A DNA stretch of 64,000 bases from Octopus vulgaris (GCA_951406725.2 OX597815.1:188852001-188916000), one strand, 5' to 3'. Shown: positions 26,312-39,295, numbered from the stretch's first letter. Notes: generated by a model from the sequence alone, not told the origin. A program made the numbers and translations.

Positions 26312-27332
26312 TCAATATCATGTTGCTCCTCCTTTGGCAGCAATGACAGCTGCTACGCGGGCCGGCATGCTGTCTATGAGTGCCTGCAGGTACTGTGCAG
26401 GGATGGCCCTCCATGCAGCAAGAAGTGCCTCAAACAGCTCGTGTCGGTTCCTGTATTGCTGCACATTCAAATCCCTACCCAATCGACTCCAGAGGTTCTC
26501 AATAGGGTTCAGATCAGGTGACTGGCCAGGCCAGTCCATGACCGTCACCCCATGGTCCTTGAAGAAACCGGTTGTGAGCTTGGCTGTATGGGGAGGCGCG
26601 TTGTCCTGCTGGAGCACGTACTCCTCGCCACCAAAGAGGTATCCCGCAGAGGGTAGGGCAGCATTCCGTACTATCTCAACGTACTTTGCTGCGTTGATGT
26701 TGCCTTCGACGGCATAGAGCCGCCCAACACCACTGTAGCTGAACGCCCCCCCACACCATCAGACCACCCCCACCATGCTTCATGGTGGGAGCAATGCAGT
26801 CTTTGTTGAAGCACTCACCCCTGTGGCTTCGCACATGGACAGGCTTGTCACTGACGAGACTGAATCACGACTCGTCAGTGAACATCACTGTCCGCCACTG
26901 CTGCACGGTCCATGTCTTGTGGGCACGGGCCCAGAGCAGCTGACTCTTCCGGTTTTGGGCTGTAAGGAGCGGCTTACGGGCGGCCCTACGGGATTTTAGA
27001 CCAGCTTCCAGTAATCTGGTCTTGACGGTGGTTGTAAACAACTGCTTCCCTGTCACCTTTTGCATCTCCTCCGCCAGTTGCCGGCTCGTTGCCCTTCGGT
27101 TGTTCAGCGACTTTCGGATCAGCATCCGGTCCTCCCACTGGGTCGTCAGCCTCTTCTGTCCCCTACCCTTTTTGTCAGCTGCTGATCCGGTTTCTTCGTA
27201 TTTCTTAAATAAGCACTGAATTGTGCGCCTGGCTACACCAAGTTTTCTGGCTATTGCAGCCTCCGACAGCTTCCCACGCCACAAGAGAGCCTCGTACCGT
27301 CTCTCCAAGGTCATGCGAGGTCTTGGGCCCAT
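26312..27332 (-). pseudogene. Tc1 transposase, reconstructs to about 339 aa; disabled
   Basis: HTH N-terminus (IARKLGVARRTIQ, GRGQKR), FTDES, QQDNAPPH-x-WPGQSPDLNPIENLW with exactly 34 residues between D and E. Lesions: TGA at 26865-67, +1 in the C7 run 26746-52, TGA at 26318-20. Confidence 0.93.
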
Positions 27333-27497
27333 CTAGGAATGAACGATAAAAACCAGTTATTTTCATTAAAACTATTCATTTGAATAATGTTATGCTATAA
27401 CAAAACTACTATGAGTTATTATTCATTAAACAAAAAAGAAAGAAAGCAGAATTTCTCACTTTATTTGATGTATAACAGAAGGTTTTGTGAACCAGAA

Positions 27498-27507
27498 GTG
27501 ACGTCAC
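27498..27507. promoter_or_regulatory. Palindromic CRE-type site GTGACGTCAC in the Tc1 5' region
   Basis: Perfect TGACGTCA about 170 bp upstream of the transposase ATG; function not demonstrated. Confidence 0.3.
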
Positions 27508-27887
27508 GAAGCAGAGTGTAGGAGAATTTGTGAGGAAAAAAATCTTGCAAATACACAAATCAATTAACCTACAAGCTGTTCAAAACGTCTTACGCGATGA
27601 GAAAACTTAGTACGGTGTGATTTCGGTCCTTGCGAGGCGCTACCTATATCTATTAAACAAAGGAAGATTTGTCTGCATCCGCACTCCAAGTTGTTGTTGC
27701 ACTGCTATGTCAACATCATTAGGCTGTAGACTCTCAAACCACTCTGCAAACAAAGTTACATCATCGTTCTGCACAACAGTGAACTCGCAACAAAGCAATA
27801 GTTCGAGATATGGCCACTAGGTGACAGCACATACCTTGAGTGAAGAAAAATCAAGGGTGCTAATTAATTTCTGACGGTAGTGTATAT

Positions 27888-28092
27888 AATCATATCGAAG
27901 GGAAATAGAAATTAATAGAAATTTTCACTTCCAGTGGCCTAGCGTGTAAAAATTTAGTCCAAAGACTATGTATTACTCATAAAATATAGTGTACATTTAA
28001 ACACATAAGGAATTCATTCATAGGAATTAAAGATAAAATTAAAGATAAAATCCTGAAAGGAACGAAATGAAAAAATAAAAACTTTTACCATC

Positions 28093-28097
<5 letters not shown>
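27888..28097 (-). mobile_element. TA-flanked insert with conserved 3' motif (Penelope-pLTR-like)
   Basis: Minus strand acgctaggccactgg (27931-45)..tttccctt. The 5' edge aaactagatggta resembles a truncated hammerhead 3' half. Confidence 0.5.
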
Positions 28098-28134
<37 letters not shown>

Positions 28135-28886
28135 CTCTTTTACTTGTTTCAGTCATTTGATTGCGGCCATGCTGGAGCACCGCCTTTAGTCGAGCAAATC
28201 GACCCCGGGACTTATTCTTTATAAGCCCAGTACTTATTCTATCAGTCTCTTTTGCCGAACCGCTAAGTGACGGGGATGTAAACACACCAGCATCGATTGT
28301 CAAGCAATACTAGGGGGACAAACACACACACATACACACACACATATATATATATATATACCCACACACATGCACACACACACACATACGCACATACATG
28401 CACGCATGCACACGCGCACCGTTGGGTTTTCCCACGCCCGTCTCCGCGGGACCACTCTTCCATCTTCCCCTCCGCTGGAGTCCTTTTCCTAACCCCCCCC
28501 TTTTTTTTCGTTACACACACGCGCACACATATACACACATTGCTTAAACATATACATCACTCTTACACACATTCAATCTACTCGCCACTAATACTACCAC
28601 GACACTGGACACACACACACACACTACTACTCAACACACCCTGCTTCCATTTCCTGAGCGCCTATTAATAATAATACTGTAATTGTTCCCTTGTTGTTGT
28701 TTTTTTGTTTCCCGTTTGGATTAAAATTATATATATATATACATATATACGACAGGCTTCTTTCAGTTTCCGCCTACCAAATCCACTCACAAGGCAGAAG
28801 ACACTTGCCCAAGAAGCCACGCAGTGGGACTGAACCCGGAACTATGTGGTTGGTAGCAAGCTACTTACCACACAGCCACTCCTATG

Positions 28887-28930
<44 letters not shown>

Positions 28931-30870
28931 CATATGTGTGTGTGTATATATGTTTGTGTGTCTGTGTTTGACCCCCCTCCCAACATCGCTTGACAACCGA
29001 TGCTGTTGTGTTTACGTCCCCGTAACTTTGCGGTTTGGCAAAAGAGACCAATAGAATAAGTACTAGGCTTAGAAAGAATAAATCCTGAGTTCGATTTGCT
29101 CGATTAAAAGGCGGTGCTCCAGCATGGCCACAGCCAAATGACTGAAACAAGTAAAAGAGTAAAAGAATTTTTAGTCAAATGTTTGACCCCAGCACTTATT
29201 TTTTGAAGCCTAATACTTATTCTATTGGTGTCTTTTGCCGAACTGCTGGGACTGAACCTGGAGCCATGCAGTTGGGAAGTAAGCTTCTTACCACACAGCC
29301 ACACTGGCACATTGTAATTTCAATTTGTTTCTCATGGTCATATTAGTAAGACAGGTCTGATTTACAGTATATTGCCATTCATCTCTAAGTCCTATATCAG
29401 CTTGTCTCTGAAGCTCAATAGTTCCAGATCAACTTCTACACTTTTCCTCATAGCTTCCTTAATCTTCACTTTCTATTATTGGTTTCCACTGTCACCAAAC
29501 AAATCCCTTTCCAGCTGCAGTTTTCTTGTCCATGCCGATGCCAGCGCCGCCTTGACTGGTTTCTGTGCCGGTGGCACATGACCTGCCGTGCTTGAGGAGA
29601 ACTATTGAGTCAAGTACATCAACATCAAAATAAATATCAAATGGAAATTGTAGCTACGATACCTGTGCCGGCGACACGTAAAAAGCACCATCCAAACATG
29701 GCGGATGCCAGTGCCACCTTGAATGGCTTCTGTGCTGGTGGCACGTAGAAAGCACCAACCAATCGTGGCTGATGCCAGCCTCTCCTGGCACCTGTGCCGG
29801 TGGCACGCAAAAAGCACCCACTACACTCATGGAGTGGTTGGCGCTAGGAAGGGCATCCAGCTGTAGAAACACTGCCAGATCAGACTGGAACCTGGTGCAG
29901 CCTCCTGGCTTTCCAGACCCCCGGTCGAACTGTCCAACCCATGCTAGCACGGAAAATGGACGTTAAACGATGATGATGATGATGATGATGATGACTCTAT
30001 GAGTGGTTGGCGTTAGGAAGGGCATCCAGCTGTAGAAACACTGCGAAATCAGACTGGAGCCTGGTGCAGCCTCCTGGCTTCTCAGACCCCGGTCGAAACG
30101 TCCAAACCATGCTAGCATGGAAAATGGACGTTAAGCGATGATGATGATGAGGAGGAGGATGATGATGAGGAGGATGATGATGATGAGGAGGAGGATGATG
30201 ATGATACAACTATCCCTTTTTTAGTCAACGCTATTAATATCCAGCTAGGATTTTTTGCCGTCTCATTTTGCAATCCACTTTTTCCACGCAAGTTAATATT
30301 GTACATACAACAGATCATACTGAAGTTGTTTTGTTCCTTCCACCACATTTTCAGCATTGAGGCTTATACAACAACATCAGACCAAGTAACATCATACTTT
30401 TCAGACATGCTTCATACAATGTTATTTGATATGAACAAAGGCAGAGCTATAACTAGGATTCCTAATGTTCAGGACAAATAATTAAAGAATGCTCGTAAAT
30501 CCTCAAGCTAATTCCTATTAAACATGTTACATAGATTAATAAACTCATTAACTTTTCAAGAGGAACATTATTTTATGATACAGGGAAAATAGTTTTATTG
30601 GATAGATATATAAAAAACACAAGATATACATAAAACAATTATTCGTTCATTTAAAAGTAAAACATTACAAAGAGGCATGAATTGAAATGAAGCTCTAATT
30701 ATATGCAACTTTAAAATAAATATATTGGTTGCACTTAATTTTGGCTATTTTTGTGAATAATTTTGAACTTAATATTGAAAAAGTCAAAGAGCACTTTTAT
30801 ATTAAGAACTGCAAAAAGGAAAACAGTGACTTCAAAGCATCTAAAAAAATTGATTCACATCATCAACATC

Positions 30871-30905
<35 letters not shown>

Positions 30906-31165
30906 CTTATTATCTAAGACACTGAGCTGGAGGATCATGGCATGCCAGCCAAATGCTTAGTGGCATTTTGTCTGTTTTTACGGTCTGAGTTCAAATTCTA
31001 CTGAGGTCAACTTTACCTTTCATCCCTTCGGGTTCGATAAAGTAAGTACCAGTTAAACACTGGGACTGATGTAATCGACTAATACCCTCCCACCAAATTC
31101 CTGCCCTTGTGGCAAAATTTGAAACCATTATTACTATTATTATTGTTATTATTATTATTATTATT

Positions 31166-31492
31166 CAGTAGTTTTATTTTTATAGCGTGCTTTCACTTCA
31201 CTGCCGAGCACAGCTCTGTGTTCCCTGGGTATGTGCTGTGATTTGTTGTGATGCTCTGATGGTTACTGTATGGAAAGTGTTTTGTGTAGTATGTGTGCAG
31301 TGCCTAGTAGTGCAATTTTCTGTATGTTATATGTGTTTGTAAGTCCTGGTGTTTTTGTTATGTATTTGTCTGAATATTTTTTATCATGCCTAATGCATCT
31401 ACTATGATATGAATTGTTTCTGTTTTTAGATTCCACATTCGAGTTACCTCTATTTCCAGGTCTTTGTATTTTGAAAGTTTCTCCATTTCTTT
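31166..31492 (-). mobile_element. 3' end of a second RLE-type (R4/Dong-like) LINE family
   Basis: Minus strand KEMEKLSKYKDLEIEVTRMWNLKTETIHIIVDALGMIK..NIQKIALLGTAHILHKTLSIQ*, homologous to the end of ORF 32228-33298; the 3' end runs into (TAA)n. Confidence 0.8.
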
Positions 31493-31929
31493 ATTCATCA
31501 TCATCATCATCATCATCATCGTTTAACGTCCGTTCTCCATGCTAGCATGGGTTGGACGGTTCAACTGGAGTCTGGGAAGCCAGAAGGCTGCGCCAGGCCC
31601 AGTCTGATCTGGCAGTGTTTCTACAGCTGGATGCCCTTCCTAACGCCAACCACTCTGTGAGTGTAGTGAGTGCTTTTTACGTGCCACCTGCACAGGTGCC
31701 AGATGAGGTTGGCAAACGGCCACGATTGGATGGTGCTTTTTACGTGCCACCGGCACGGGGCCAGACAAGGCTGGCAACAGCCACAATCGGACGGTGCAGT
31801 TTACGTGCCACCGGCACGAAGGCCAGTCGAGGCGGCACTGGTAACAGCCACGTTCGGATGGTTCTCTTACATGCCATCGGCACTGGTATCACAGCTACAA
31901 TTTCCATTGATTATTATTATTATTATTAC

Positions 31930-31965
<36 letters not shown>

Positions 31966-32345
31966 GGCAGGGACCTGGCAGAATTGTTAGCATGCTGGGC
32001 ACCTTCACCACCTTCACACCACCACCACCACCATTACCACCACCACTATTGCTTTTATTATTATAAGTACCTTGCATCACTAAAGACGAAACCATTGGAT
32101 TTGCTGATGCCCTGTTTCTGTCAGTAATACATTTTTTCCTCTTTTAAGCCTTCCTTTAACACTTCTTGTACTCCAGAGAGTACAAGAGTTTTAACTGTCA
32201 GAATATGAAGAAGATATTGAAAGGTGGATGTGTCAACTATTTCAACCATCCAAGTTTCCTAGCATACTGAGTTTTGATGATTATGATCTTATTAATAATA
32301 ATAATAATAATAATAATAACAATGATAATGATAATAATAATAATG

Positions 32346-32389
<44 letters not shown>

Positions 32390-32390
<1 letters not shown>

Positions 32391-33298
32391 TCATAAAGGA
32401 AAGCAAAAAAATTGCTATTGATCTCGTTCAGGATACCCAAACTGAACAACCCGAGGGAAGTACGGCAACTATTGTTGCAAAGAAGGTGAAAATGATGGCA
32501 ATGAAAAAAGCGCACGAGCAATTGGCTGATAGGTGGGAGGAGAAACCTCTGCACGGCAAATATGTGACCCGCAGCAAACAAGCTGATGTTGACCAGAAGC
32601 AAACCCATCAGTGGCTACGGAGCTCAGGGCTAAAAGCAGAGAGCGAAGGTTTCATCCTGGCTGCTCAAGATCAAAGCCTATTAACCCGGAACTACCAGGC
32701 CAATGTGATGAAAAATGGAGCAGACCCAAAATGCCGATTCTGCAACGACATGATTGAAACAGTGGACCACCTAATCTCTGGATGTAAAGTCTTAGCACCA
32801 GTGGAGTATAAATTAAGACATGACAGAGTTGGCCAATATCTCCACTGGCTAATAAGTCGGCATTACAATATCAAAACTGCCGACAAGTGGTATAATCACC
32901 ACCCTGAGGCTGTAACTGAAGGAGAAAATGTAACCATTCTGTGGGACTTTCCAGTACATACAGACCGAACCATCAAGGCCAATAAACCAGATATTGTTGT
33001 GAAAGACCAAAACAATAAAGTTTGCTTATTGATCGACATGAGCATCCCCTGTGATCATAATATCTCAGCGAAAGAGTTTGACAAGCTCAGAAAATATAAA
33101 GACCTACTCATTGAAATTGAGAAAATGTGGCATCTCAAGGCGGTTACAATACCAGTGATCGTAGGAGCACTAGGAATGATCAAGAAGGGAACCAAAAATT
33201 ATATGAGAATGATCCCTGGCTTACCATCCCTGCAAGAAGTGCAAAAGATTGTCTTAACTGGTACATCACACGTATTGAGAAGAGCATTGTCAATGTGA
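32390..33298 (+). CDS. C-terminal part of retrotransposon ORF: CCHC zinc knuckle + restriction-like endonuclease
   Basis: PLHGKY; FILAAQDQSLLTRNY; CRFC-x8-H-x4-C; RHD; KPDIVV; LIDMSIP; KLRKY. The track's poly-N N-terminus is microsatellite read-through. Confidence 0.85.
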
Positions 33299-33486
33299 GA
33301 ACTGTTGCTGCTCATGTATTTTAATTTAACTTTTTTTTAAAAAAAAAAAAAAAAAAAAAAATGAACGAACTATTAAGTTTGGTTTAATGGCCTACCAATA
33401 TATACTATGAGTTTCTTTGCCCTAGGAGTCGGGAAGACACTTGGCAAGAAATGGAAGCAAATTTGAAAGAAGAAAAACAAAAAAAG
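32390..33486 (+). mobile_element. 5'-truncated RLE-type non-LTR retrotransposon (R4/Dong-like) inserted in (TAA)n
   Basis: Uninterrupted ORF, 3' UTR, and TAA tracts on both sides (32293-32390 and 33487-33508). Confidence 0.88.
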
Positions 33487-33510
33487 TAATAATAATAATA
33501 ATAATAATAT

Positions 33511-33920
33511 TCTCTTTACTCTTTACTCTTTTACTTGTTTCAGTCATTTGACTGTGGCCATGCTGGAGCACCAACTTTAATCGAGCAACTCGACCCCAGG
33601 ACTTATTCTTTTTTGTAAGCCCAGTACTTATTCTATCGGACTCTTTTGCCAAACCGCTAAGTAACAGGGACATAAACACACCAGCGTCGGTTGTCGAGCA
33701 ATTCTTGGGGGACAAACACAGACATACAAACACACACACGCATATATATATATATATGATGGACTTCTTTCAGTTTCTGTCTACTAAATCCACTCACAAG
33801 GCTTTGGTCAGCCCGAGGCTATAGTAGAAGACACTTGCCCAAGGTGCCATGCAGTGGGACTGAACCCGGAACCATGTGGTTGGTAAACAAGCTACTTACC
33901 ACACAGCCACTCCTGCACCT
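33511..33920 (-). mobile_element. SINE family B (tRNA head, ccttgggcaagt CORE-like box, internal TA/TG tract, (GTAAAAGA)n tail)
   Basis: Complete copy. Others at about 23095-23452, 28133-28335(-), 28748-28890(-), 28940-29168, 35036-35818(-), 37102-37502(-), 40562-40683(-), 50517-50952, 51045-51170(-), 57861-58263(-), 58420-58872(-), 63545-63810. Confidence 0.88.
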
Positions 33921-35270
33921 ATAATAATTATGATAACAAAAATAATAATTAACTGTTTAGAAATGTAGATTATTTTTCTTTGTGTTGGATCCATAATTAT
34001 TGAAAAATAATACATTATGGAAATAAATCATTTTCTCCTCTACTTTATGAAATTACTGAATTCATTCAAAGTAGTATTATTTTCATCATATTCCCCCAGT
34101 CGTATCACATTCCACTTGTAATCATTTGAGAGCAGGTCATATTTAACATACATTATTCATATATTTATTACTTGCCATATGAATTCTTTAATGACATTAC
34201 GTATTTCACATGCATGCATATGAGTGCAAATAAAGATAAGAACTCAGCTTGTTTCTTTCATCTTTGCATTATAACATATTCCAAGTCGTTTTGCCTGTGT
34301 TGTGGTTATTATTTAGGGTCAGGCCAATCCTGAATAAACATGCTAATAATTAAAGACTTCCTGTCTATGCCTGTGCAGCCTTTTTTGTATATCTAGGACA
34401 GTGAGGTGTCCTTGTGCTGGTGTTGCATACAAAGCACTGTGCTGGTGTCATATATATTTCTTTACTGCCCACAAGGGGCTAAACATAGAGGGGACAAACA
34501 AGGACAGATAAAGGGATTAAGTCGATTACATTGACTCCAGTGTGAAACTGGTACTTTATTCATTGACCCCGAAAAGATGAAAGGCAAAGTCAAATTCCGC
34601 CGAGGTGTCACATAAAAAGCACCCATGCTAGTGCCACATAAAAAGCATTTGTGCTGGTATCACGTAAAAAGCACCTCTGCTGGTGACACATAAACAGAAA
34701 CTATGCGCTGGTGCAATGTAAAAGGTATCCAGTACACTCTGTAAAGTGGTTGGCATTAGGAAGGGCATCCAGCCATAGAAACCAAGCCAAACAGACTATG
34801 AAACCTGGTATGGTCCCCTGGCCTTGCCCACTCCTGTCAAACTGTCCAACCTATGCCAGCATGGAAAATGGACATTAAATGATGGTGATGACAGTAAGGT
34901 ACAATTTGATGGCTACTTGGCTGCTAGTTCTAGCACTTAAAGTGACCACATAGATGCTGCATGGCCTGGAGACAATGACAGAAAATATGATTAAATATTA
35001 TGGTAGAAATTGATTAAATTATTCTGAATCCAAATTACTCTTTTACTTTTTTCAGTCATGTGACTGTGGCCATGTTGGAGCACCGACTTTTAGTCAAGCA
35101 AATCGACCCCAGGACTTATTCTTTGTAAGCCTAGTACTTATTCTATCGGTCTCTTTTGCCAAATCACTAAGTGACAGGGACGTAAACACACCAGCATCGG
35201 TTTTCAAGCGACGTTGGGGGAACAAACACAGACACACAAACATATACATACACACATACATATATATATA

Positions 35271-35623
35271 AGTAATGTAGGATAAAATTTTTTTCGGGAA
35301 AAAAATTTTATCAATGGCCAGCATATCAAAAAATACCTTTAAAGGTTAAATTTATAAATAATTTACAAGATAAGGGCAAAAGAAAAATTCTAATGCCAAA
35401 TATGCCCCCAAAAAAGACAAAACTTTTCAATAACCATTATAATTTATACATTTCGAAACAAACCGATAGAAATCTCTAAAAAATTCGTTATTACCGTATT
35501 GGTTCAATTTCGGGGTTAATTAATAAGAAATTTTCCCCTCTTCAGCGGCAAATACGCGAGATATAAGTGAAATACTTACTCATACCCATGGAAAAAGCAA
35601 GCACTAAGTCCTGAGCAGACATC
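35271..35623 (-). mobile_element. Hammerhead-bearing Penelope-pLTR-like insert inside the TA tract of a family B SINE
   Basis: Flanked by TA repeats; splits SINE 35036-35818 into two halves; contains the hammerhead and the 3' motif atgctggccattg (35312-24). Confidence 0.7.
35491..35551 (-). ncRNA. Type I hammerhead ribozyme with intact core
   Basis: Minus strand: ttgccg CTGAAGA gggg-aaaatttcttattaattaa-cccc GAAA ttg-aac-caa TA|cggtaa. Six-bp stem I, 4-bp GC stem II, stem III, AUA cleavage triplet. Confidence 0.8.
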
Positions 35624-36798
35624 ATATATATATATATATATAAATACATATATATGATGGGCTTCTTTCAGTTTCCATCTACCAAATCCACTCACAAGGC
35701 TTTGGTTGGTCTGAGGCTATAGTAGAAGACACTTACCCAAAATGCCACGCAGTGGGACTGAACTTGGAACCATGTGGTTTGTAAGCAAACTACGTACCAC
35801 ACAACCACTCCTATACCTACAAATTTCAAATTATAATTAAATCAAATCTGGTTTTATTACCTGCCACCCAAATATATATTGACATTATCAAAATAGCTTT
35901 GTCTCTTGTCATCTTATGGCCTCATCTTGATGGAATCAATCCAGGACATCTTTGCAGTGATACTTAAAACTATGGAATTTATTCTTTCTCTTGTAAGTGA
36001 ATATTCACTGAACATAGCTGCATGTTATAAGCTGTAGTCTAATCTGAAAAATCTGAAATGTTCCACAATAATTTCAAATAACTTAGATATTTGAGGAAAT
36101 GTAGCTCTTAAAAAAAGTGCTTGTATTTAACAGAAATGGTGAACCACAAGACCACTTTGTTCCACATGAGAAATTTTCTATCATCCCATAAAAATTGCTA
36201 TTGTGTTGCTTTTTCTTTTTTTTTTTAATGTAATTTGTTACATAAAAAAAGACATTTTCTGAATATTTCTTTTTATCATCTGTTTTGCAATGCTTTCATA
36301 TTCATAATAAAAGAAATATTTCTTATGAACTCATACATTTGTAGTACATTAAATTTATTATAATTGCTGAGACTTCTTGAAATATCTGTAAATGTAAAGA
36401 AATATTAAGTTTAAAGAAATAAAAATAAAAAATATTGAAGAACAATAAAGTCAAGAATACTTGAAAGACTTCTAATATTTGAATATTGAAATTATAGTCA
36501 AGTTGACATGGTGATAGAGTATAGCTGTTTCAATGGAGCCATTGGATAAAATGAGAGACAATTTCAAAAACACAGCCATAAAACTGAAATATATGGTAAC
36601 ATAATTAATGTAGCACATTTCAATGATAAGTCATCTTATTTTATTGATGTTTCACATAGACACAAGACATGCCTACATGGTTAAGAAGCTTGCTTTGCAA
36701 CCATGTGGCTTCAGGTTCAGTCTCTAAATGTGGGACCTTGAGCAAGTGTTTTCTACTGTCTTCTGAGAGAATTTGGGAAACAGAAACTGTGTAGAAGC

Positions 36799-36854
<56 letters not shown>

Positions 36855-36894
36855 TATAAATTTGGATTTATAATATATTATTATATATACACAC

Positions 36895-36943
<49 letters not shown>

Positions 36944-37067
36944 AAAGAGGAATGACTACTCCTCTTAATTTTGTATGTATCACAATTTTTAATCTTCAGA
37001 TTCTTAAATATGCTAACCCACTGGTTTTCATTGATTAACATCAATTTCTACCCTTATTATTTAATTA

Positions 37068-37104
<37 letters not shown>

Positions 37105-38687
37105 TTTACTCTTTTACTTGTTTCAGTCATTTGACCGGCCATGCTGAAGCACCACCTTTAATCGAGCAACTCGATCCCGGGACTTATTCTTTTGTAAACC
37201 CAGTACTTATTCTATCGGTCTCTTTTGCCGAACCGCTAGGTAACAAGGACATAAACACACCAGCATCGGTTGTCAAGCAATGCTAGGGGGACAAACACAG
37301 ACACACAAATACACACACACATATATATTCATATATGTATATACGACGGGCTTCTTTCATTTTCCGTCTACCAAATCCATTCACAAGGCTTTGGCTGGCC
37401 CGAGGCTATAGTAGAAGACACTTGCCCAAGGTGCCATGCAGTGGGACTGAACCCGGAACCATGTGGTTGGTAAACAAGCTACTTACCACACAGCCACTCC
37501 TATGCCATGATATATATCATCATCATCATCATCATCGTTTAACATTCGCTTTCCATGCTGGCATGGGTTTGATGATTTGACTGAGAACTTGCGAACCAGA
37601 TGGCTGCACCAGGCACCAATCTTGATATGGCAGAGTTTCTACGGTTGGATGCCCTTCCTAATGCCAACCACTCTGTGAGTGCAGTGGGTGCTTTTATGTG
37701 CCATCGGCATGAGGACCAGTCAGGTGGTACTGGCAGCAGTCACAGAAAATTGTGTTTTTTTTTTTTTTTTGCCACCAGCACGAACGCCAGTTAGCTGCTC
37801 TGGCAATGATCATGCTCAGATGGGATCGTGGTGATCCCTGCTGTACTCTTTCACCACAACTTTCTCTCACTCTTACTTCCTGTTTCTGTTGTACCTGTAT
37901 TTCAAAGGGCCAGCCTTGTCACTCTCTGTGTCACGCTGAATATCCCCGAGAACTACGTTAAGGGTACACGTGTCTGTGGAGTGCTCAGCCACTTACACGT
38001 TAATTTCATGAGCAGGCTGTTCCGTTGATTCGGATCAACCGGAACCCTTGTCGTCGTAACCGATGGAGTGCTTCCCCACACTCAAAATATTCTATAATTA
38101 TATGCATAATTATAATCAGGGCTCAGCAAATTGCTTCACCACGTACTGGAAATAGACACTAATATCTTTTCAACTACCATAAAGATCACCAAGACAATAA
38201 CTCACATTTTTATGTAGGCAAAAAGGAAAATGATGCACCCACTACACTCATGGAGTGGTTGGCATTAGGAAGGGCATCCAGCTGTAGAAACACTGCCAGA
38301 TCAGACTGGAGCCTGGTGCAGCCTCCTGGCTTTCCAGACCCCGGTCGAACCGTCCAACCCATGCTAGCATGGAAAATGGACGTTAAGTGATGACTTCGAT
38401 TAACCACAGATGCATTTCAAAATTAAAGTATATTATATTTACCTATTTTTCTCCGCAGTGTGGTACTTCAAGTTATAGATTTGCGAGTGTTAGGATTAAA
38501 TATGTATCATCGCATAACTGATATTCAACCGCACTCCCCAAAATATAAAACCAAATGTGGATACATATTTATCCTTTATACCCACGTGTGTGTTATGAAC
38601 AATCCCGCAGAAAACTGCAGTTTCGATCAGGGAGTAAATTATAATTTTAATTTAAATTTTAATTAATTGATTTTACCCTTTATTATA

Positions 38688-38756
<69 letters not shown>

Positions 38757-38765
38757 GTATATGTC

Positions 38766-38826
<61 letters not shown>

Positions 38827-39154
38827 TTGTGGAGGTGCAATGGTCCAGTGGTTAGGGCAGTGTACTCGCGGTTGTAGGATAGCAGTTTCGATACACAGAC
38901 CGGACGTTGTGAGTGTTTATTGAGCGAAAACACCTAAAGCTCCACGAGGATCTGGCAAGGGGTGGTGGCGATCCCTGCAGTACTCTTTCACCACAACTTT
39001 CTTTCACTCTTTCTTCTGTTGGCCTGCTCGCTTAGCCAGCGGGGTGGCGTCATTTGATGGCTAAAACAATGCAAAACACATTGTGACCAGCGATGTGTAG
39101 CAACATCGGATAGCCTGGTTGGTCACGATGATCACGGTGATATATATATATATA

Positions 39155-39295
39155 TTAGGTTGTCCCAAAAGTTCGTAAACACTTGCGAAAATTGAATTTT
39201 TACTCGCCAAGTACTAACAAAAACAACAAAAATTATTCCTCAAAATAAAGACCATTATTTTCCAAGACTTTCTACGAACTTTTGGGACAACCTTA
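39155..39295. mobile_element. 141-bp mariner-type MITE
   Basis: TIRs ttaggttgtcccaaaagttcgta..tacgaacttttgggacaacctta; TA flanks. Confidence 0.85.

Larger units (their letters stand above)
26171..27882 (-). mobile_element. Full-length Tc1-family (DD34E) DNA transposon, 1712 bp
   Basis: 26-bp TIRs cacttgcgtcagaaattaattagcac (26171-96) and gtgctaattaatttctgacggtagtg (27857-82), 24/26 match; TA on both flanks; internal transposase. Confidence 0.95.

Noticed and set aside
26334-26999. Plus-strand ORFs of 127 and 74 aa
   Set aside because: Antisense shadows of the GC-rich Tc1 transposase.
32228-32389. N-terminus of the 356-aa ORF as a real protein start
   Set aside because: It is flank plus (AAT)n read in frame; retrotransposon homology starts only near 32390.
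38600-38635. GAAActgcagTT palindromic stem III-like word in insert 38410-38685
   Set aside because: No CUGANGA or stem II in the proper position on either strand.
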